Shown in pieces: positions 32,787-35,765 of a stretch of 35,765 nt of DNA (positions are counted from its first letter, which is position 1; every line of letters starts with the position of its first letter). The position numbers and the translations under genes are program-made. The notes below the pieces were generated by a model, which was not told where the DNA came from, ran no database searches, and saw only the letters and a list, made by a program, of their open reading frames with translations. Source of the DNA: Gemmatimonadota bacterium (GTDB lineage Bacteria > Gemmatimonadota > Gemmatimonadetes > Palauibacterales > KS3-K002). The DNA is taken from assembly GCA_039586795.1 (NCBI GenBank), contig JBDHJS010000035.1, positions 1-35,765 on the forward strand. Direction: 5' to 3'.

Positions 32787-34811
32787 CTACCGGCCCGTAT
32801 TTGCTTCGATTTCGCTGAAAGCTTCCGTCCAGCGCCGTGTCAGTCGGTGTGGATCGACACTTGCCTCGATCGCTCTCAGTATCCCCTCTGCCTCATCCGA
32901 TCGGCCAAGCGCATTCAGCGAGCGGGCGAAGACGATTGCCGACCAACAGGCGTAGCGATCCGCGCATGCTTCGATCGGATCGTTCAATATCTCCGTTGCT
33001 GTGGGATCCATTGTCTTTACGACCTTCTGGTGTCGACCCGAGGCAAACAATCGCATCAGGTATGACAGGCGCAACAGATCGTCCGACGGATGTGCACGGA
33101 GATAGTCCTCTGCTAGAGTCAAGAACGGTTCGGCCTGGTCGGCTCGATACATAGCGCTGAGAAACGCGCGACGCATGCCGATATGGGAGCTGTTCCACAT
33201 CGGAAGCTTGCCTGCGGGATCGAGACGGACGTCGGCCAACCGTACGGCGAGCGGTTCCTCCAGTACGATCTCGCCGTCCTCATCGAAGGATTCCCTCGTC
33301 AAGGTTCGCACGACGCTGTTGCCATCCGCGTCGATCAGCTCAACGTCGAGGTCATAAGGGATCGTTCCCGACTGCGAGATATGCACGCGGTGCATCCAAC
33401 CGTTCTCTCGCTGCTCAGATTCAACGCGGTCGACCACGAACTCGATGCGGGCGTCGCCCCGTGCCCATCTCTCGAAGAACTCACCGGCGCCCGTAGCGCC
33501 CGCGGCCTCCAGGCGATCGGTGAATGCAGCTACCGACAGAGGTTTGAATCGGTAGTCCTTGAGCAATTGCCGCTGCACGTCCAGAAAGCCCTCTTCACCC
33601 AGCCGGCGCGCTTGCAGGTAGACTCCAACCGTTGCTTTACCGTGGCGGATGAGCGAGTTGTAGTCGAAGCCAAGTTCCCGTTCCTCATCCCAGCCGATCC
33701 CCAGGCGCTGCTCGCGGTTCTCGAGCATGGCTTCCAGATAGTCCACCAACATGTCGCCGGCGTCGCCGTCCCGGAGGACCTCCGTTACTGTTCGACCCGA
33801 TGTCCGGGCCAGGTAGAGATGGTCGGCCCAGATGCCATTGGCCAGGTTGAGCCAGTCGAGGCGATCGGCGGTCGAGCTCAAGACGTAGAGGCCCCAGTAG
33901 TAGTGACCGAGCTCGTGCGCCGTGATCCACCGGAGGAAACTATCCGTCAAGTTCGCGCGATGGATCATGAAGACGTTGGACAGCGGAAAGCCGCCCGCCC
34001 AGCGGCTCGGCCCGGGGATGATGCCAATCTGTTTGACCGGAAAGAAGCCGTAGGCGTCTCTGTACCATTCCACAGCCTCGGCCGCGAGGGCGACTGCCTT
34101 CCTGAACGCTTCCGGCTCGTCCGTCGGAAGGAGCCCCATCACCGAGTATCCGTCGCCCTCTAGCTTCAGCAGTTCGAAACCCTCCGCCAGGTTCACCGCG
34201 AACCCTTCGACGTGAGGGGCACTGAACGACGCACGGATTCTCCCGTTGCTTTGCCTGGCTGTGCCATTCTGTATCCCGGTCGTCAGCACCGTAAATGCCT
34301 CGGGATGATCGAGCGTGACTTCGAAGTCCTTGAACCTGGCTCGCTCGCCGTCGGAACTCACGACGTCGGGGTACCAGTAGGCTCCCGGCTCATGACTCCA
34401 GAAGCTGTAATAGCCGAGCATATCGAAACTGTTGTTGAAACCGGACGTGTAGACCACGTCCAGGACGACCTCTTCACCGGCAACGGTCGGAGTCGGCAGC
34501 ATGACCCGTAGCAAGTTGTCCGACTCTTCGATCGTCAGAAGCTTGCCATCCGAGCTCACAGATTCGACTCTGAGACGCCGCTCGCCTTCAGATTTACCCG
34601 CCGACATCAGATCCAACCTGACCTCGGATGGCGACCACAACAGCGCGAACGGAATCTCCAGCCGTGCAAGACCGCGGATCGTTTGCCGATCAAGGTCGAC
34701 TACCGCCTCGATGTCGTAGGAGAGGTCGGGCGACGCCTGGGGCACTGCGAGAGTTGGAGAGATCAGCGAAGCGACGGTGACACCCACAAGAAGCCTAACC
34801 CGATATCGCAT
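32787..34811 (-). CDS. M1-like (gluzincin) aminopeptidase with C-terminal TPR-like helices
   Basis: Signal peptide; YDIEAVVD, WYP, YGFFP, AHELGHYYWG, HGKA; RLDPAGKL followed by a helical tail. Confidence 0.75.
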   Translation of the reverse strand: MRYRVRLLVGVTVASLISPTLAVPQASPDLSYDIEAVVDLDRQTIRGLARLEIPFALLWSPSEVRLDLMSAGKSEGERRLRVESVSSDGKLLTIEESDNLLRVMLPTPTVAGEEVVLDVVYTSGFNNSFDMLGYYSFWSHEPGAYWYPDVVSSDGERARFKDFEVTLDHPEAFTVLTTGIQNGTARQSNGRIRASFSAPHVEGFAVNLAEGFELLKLEGDGYSVMGLLPTDEPEAFRKAVALAAEAVEWYRDAYGFFPVKQIGIIPGPSRWAGGFPLSNVFMIHRANLTDSFLRWITAHELGHYYWGLYVLSSTADRLDWLNLANGIWADHLYLARTSGRTVTEVLRDGDAGDMLVDYLEAMLENREQRLGIGWDEERELGFDYNSLIRHGKATVGVYLQARRLGEEGFLDVQRQLLKDYRFKPLSVAAFTDRLEAAGATGAGEFFERWARGDARIEFVVDRVESEQRENGWMHRVHISQSGTIPYDLDVELIDADGNSVVRTLTRESFDEDGEIVLEEPLAVRLADVRLDPAGKLPMWNSSHIGMRRAFLSAMYRADQAEPFLTLAEDYLRAHPSDDLLRLSYLMRLFASGRHQKVVKTMDPTATEILNDPIEACADRYACWSAIVFARSLNALGRSDEAEGILRAIEASVDPHRLTRRWTEAFSEIEANTGR

Positions 34812-34925
34812 CTCGAAGCGCTCCCTTCACAGAGTCCTCATATCGCGATGGTTTTCGCGTTTGAGTTCTTCGCGTTTGTTCTTGGATCGCTCAAGAGGTG
34901 TCCGGCGTTGTATCGGGCGAACCAT

Positions 34926-35765
34926 CTATTCTGGCCCCACAGACCCGAATTCTCGGAACCCGGGAGTCCGACGCCAGATTCCCGCGTAGGACTGTCGCCA
35001 TGCCTCTTTGAGCTCCTCACTGCTCGCGTTCGCTTCGATCAGTTTCACCAATAGGTGAAGTGAGATCTCGGAGTTCAGCCCTTCGTGGCGGAACCCGGCG
35101 AGCAACGGATCCCGGCTAGCGATCGCCGTCTGAACACCCTCGCCATCCTTCGTCAGAACGGCGGACAGAAAAGCCCTGGCATCCGCGACGCAGCTCACCA
35201 CTTGACCGTGAAACTCATCCAGAACTTCATCGGCCCGGGACGCGAGGGCGACCTCGACGCCAGGGACGGAGAATGGGGCGTAGACCGAGGCGCGCACGTG
35301 GACCCCACGCTCAACGGCAGCTTTGATGGCTTCGCCTAGCTCCCGTGCCGGGCCCGGGAAGATGTCGAGGATCGCGATCTTCTGAGCCTCACCCAGAAGC
35401 GAGCGGCAGTGCTCGATGACCTGCGCCACCGTGTGAAGCCGGTAGATGGCGTCTGGATCCCTGACCACCTGAAGGCCCTCCAGCTCGCGCTCCGCGTCTG
35501 TGAGGTCCTCGCGGAAACCGCGCTCCAGCTGGTTCAGAAAGGTGGAGGGCTCAACTGCAGTCCAGCGTTTGGTCTGGGAGTCGTCGAGCATGACGGCCCC
35601 CTTCAATGATAGGTTCTCCAGGGCTTTGTAGATCTGGGGCGGCTGCCTTCCCATGACGTTGGCAACGGCGTAACCCGTCCCCGTCCCCTGCTGGAGGAGT
35701 GTGAGATAGACCTCAGCTTCGATAGGTGAGAGGCCGAGCTTGACAAGGGACCGGGTACCGAGTAT
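34926..35765 (-). CDS. TrmB-family transcriptional regulator; 5' end outside window
   Basis: Frame stays open to the window end: LVKLGLSPIEAEVYLTLLQQGTGTGYAVANVMGRQPPQIYKALENLSLKGAV (wHTH); AVERGVHVR in the effector domain. Confidence 0.9.
   Translation of the reverse strand: MLGTRSLVKLGLSPIEAEVYLTLLQQGTGTGYAVANVMGRQPPQIYKALENLSLKGAVMLDDSQTKRWTAVEPSTFLNQLERGFREDLTDAERELEGLQVVRDPDAIYRLHTVAQVIEHCRSLLGEAQKIAILDIFPGPARELGEAIKAAVERGVHVRASVYAPFSVPGVEVALASRADEVLDEFHGQVVSCVADARAFLSAVLTKDGEGVQTAIASRDPLLAGFRHEGLNSEISLHLLVKLIEANASSEELKEAWRQSYAGIWRRTPGFREFGSVGPE

Overview
GC-rich bacterial genomic DNA with about 30 genes. The style of the pilin, the M15 peptidase and the lipoproteins suggests Gemmatimonadota (inference, not a database result). 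Contents in order: a GT-C glycosyltransferase pair, an outer-membrane beta-barrel, an orphan LivJ-type binding protein next to a chemoreceptor, a small PLDc_N protein missing from the ORF track, Na/Pi symporter plus PhoU-like protein, MscS, two PD40 propellers, a tandem GNAT, a PurF lacking the catalytic Cys1, a YfbK-like vWA lipoprotein, TorF-like porin plus ceramidase, a membrane Ser/Thr kinase, GH1, a Ddl-like ATP-grasp, GH97, a C39-like peptidase, two lipoproteins, a type IV pilin, an M23 peptidase, and a TrmB / M1-like peptidase / serine hydrolase run. I saw no rRNA, tRNA, CRISPR array, transposase or integrase. The strongest unexplained structure is a pair of related long palindromes built from degenerate GATTCGGG octamers that bracket the vWA gene. 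Other leads: a possible glycosphingolipid-degradation neighbourhood, a shared ECF-type promoter motif, enzymes with substituted catalytic motifs, and two gene remnants. None is proven novel from sequence alone; all family calls come from motif recognition by eye.
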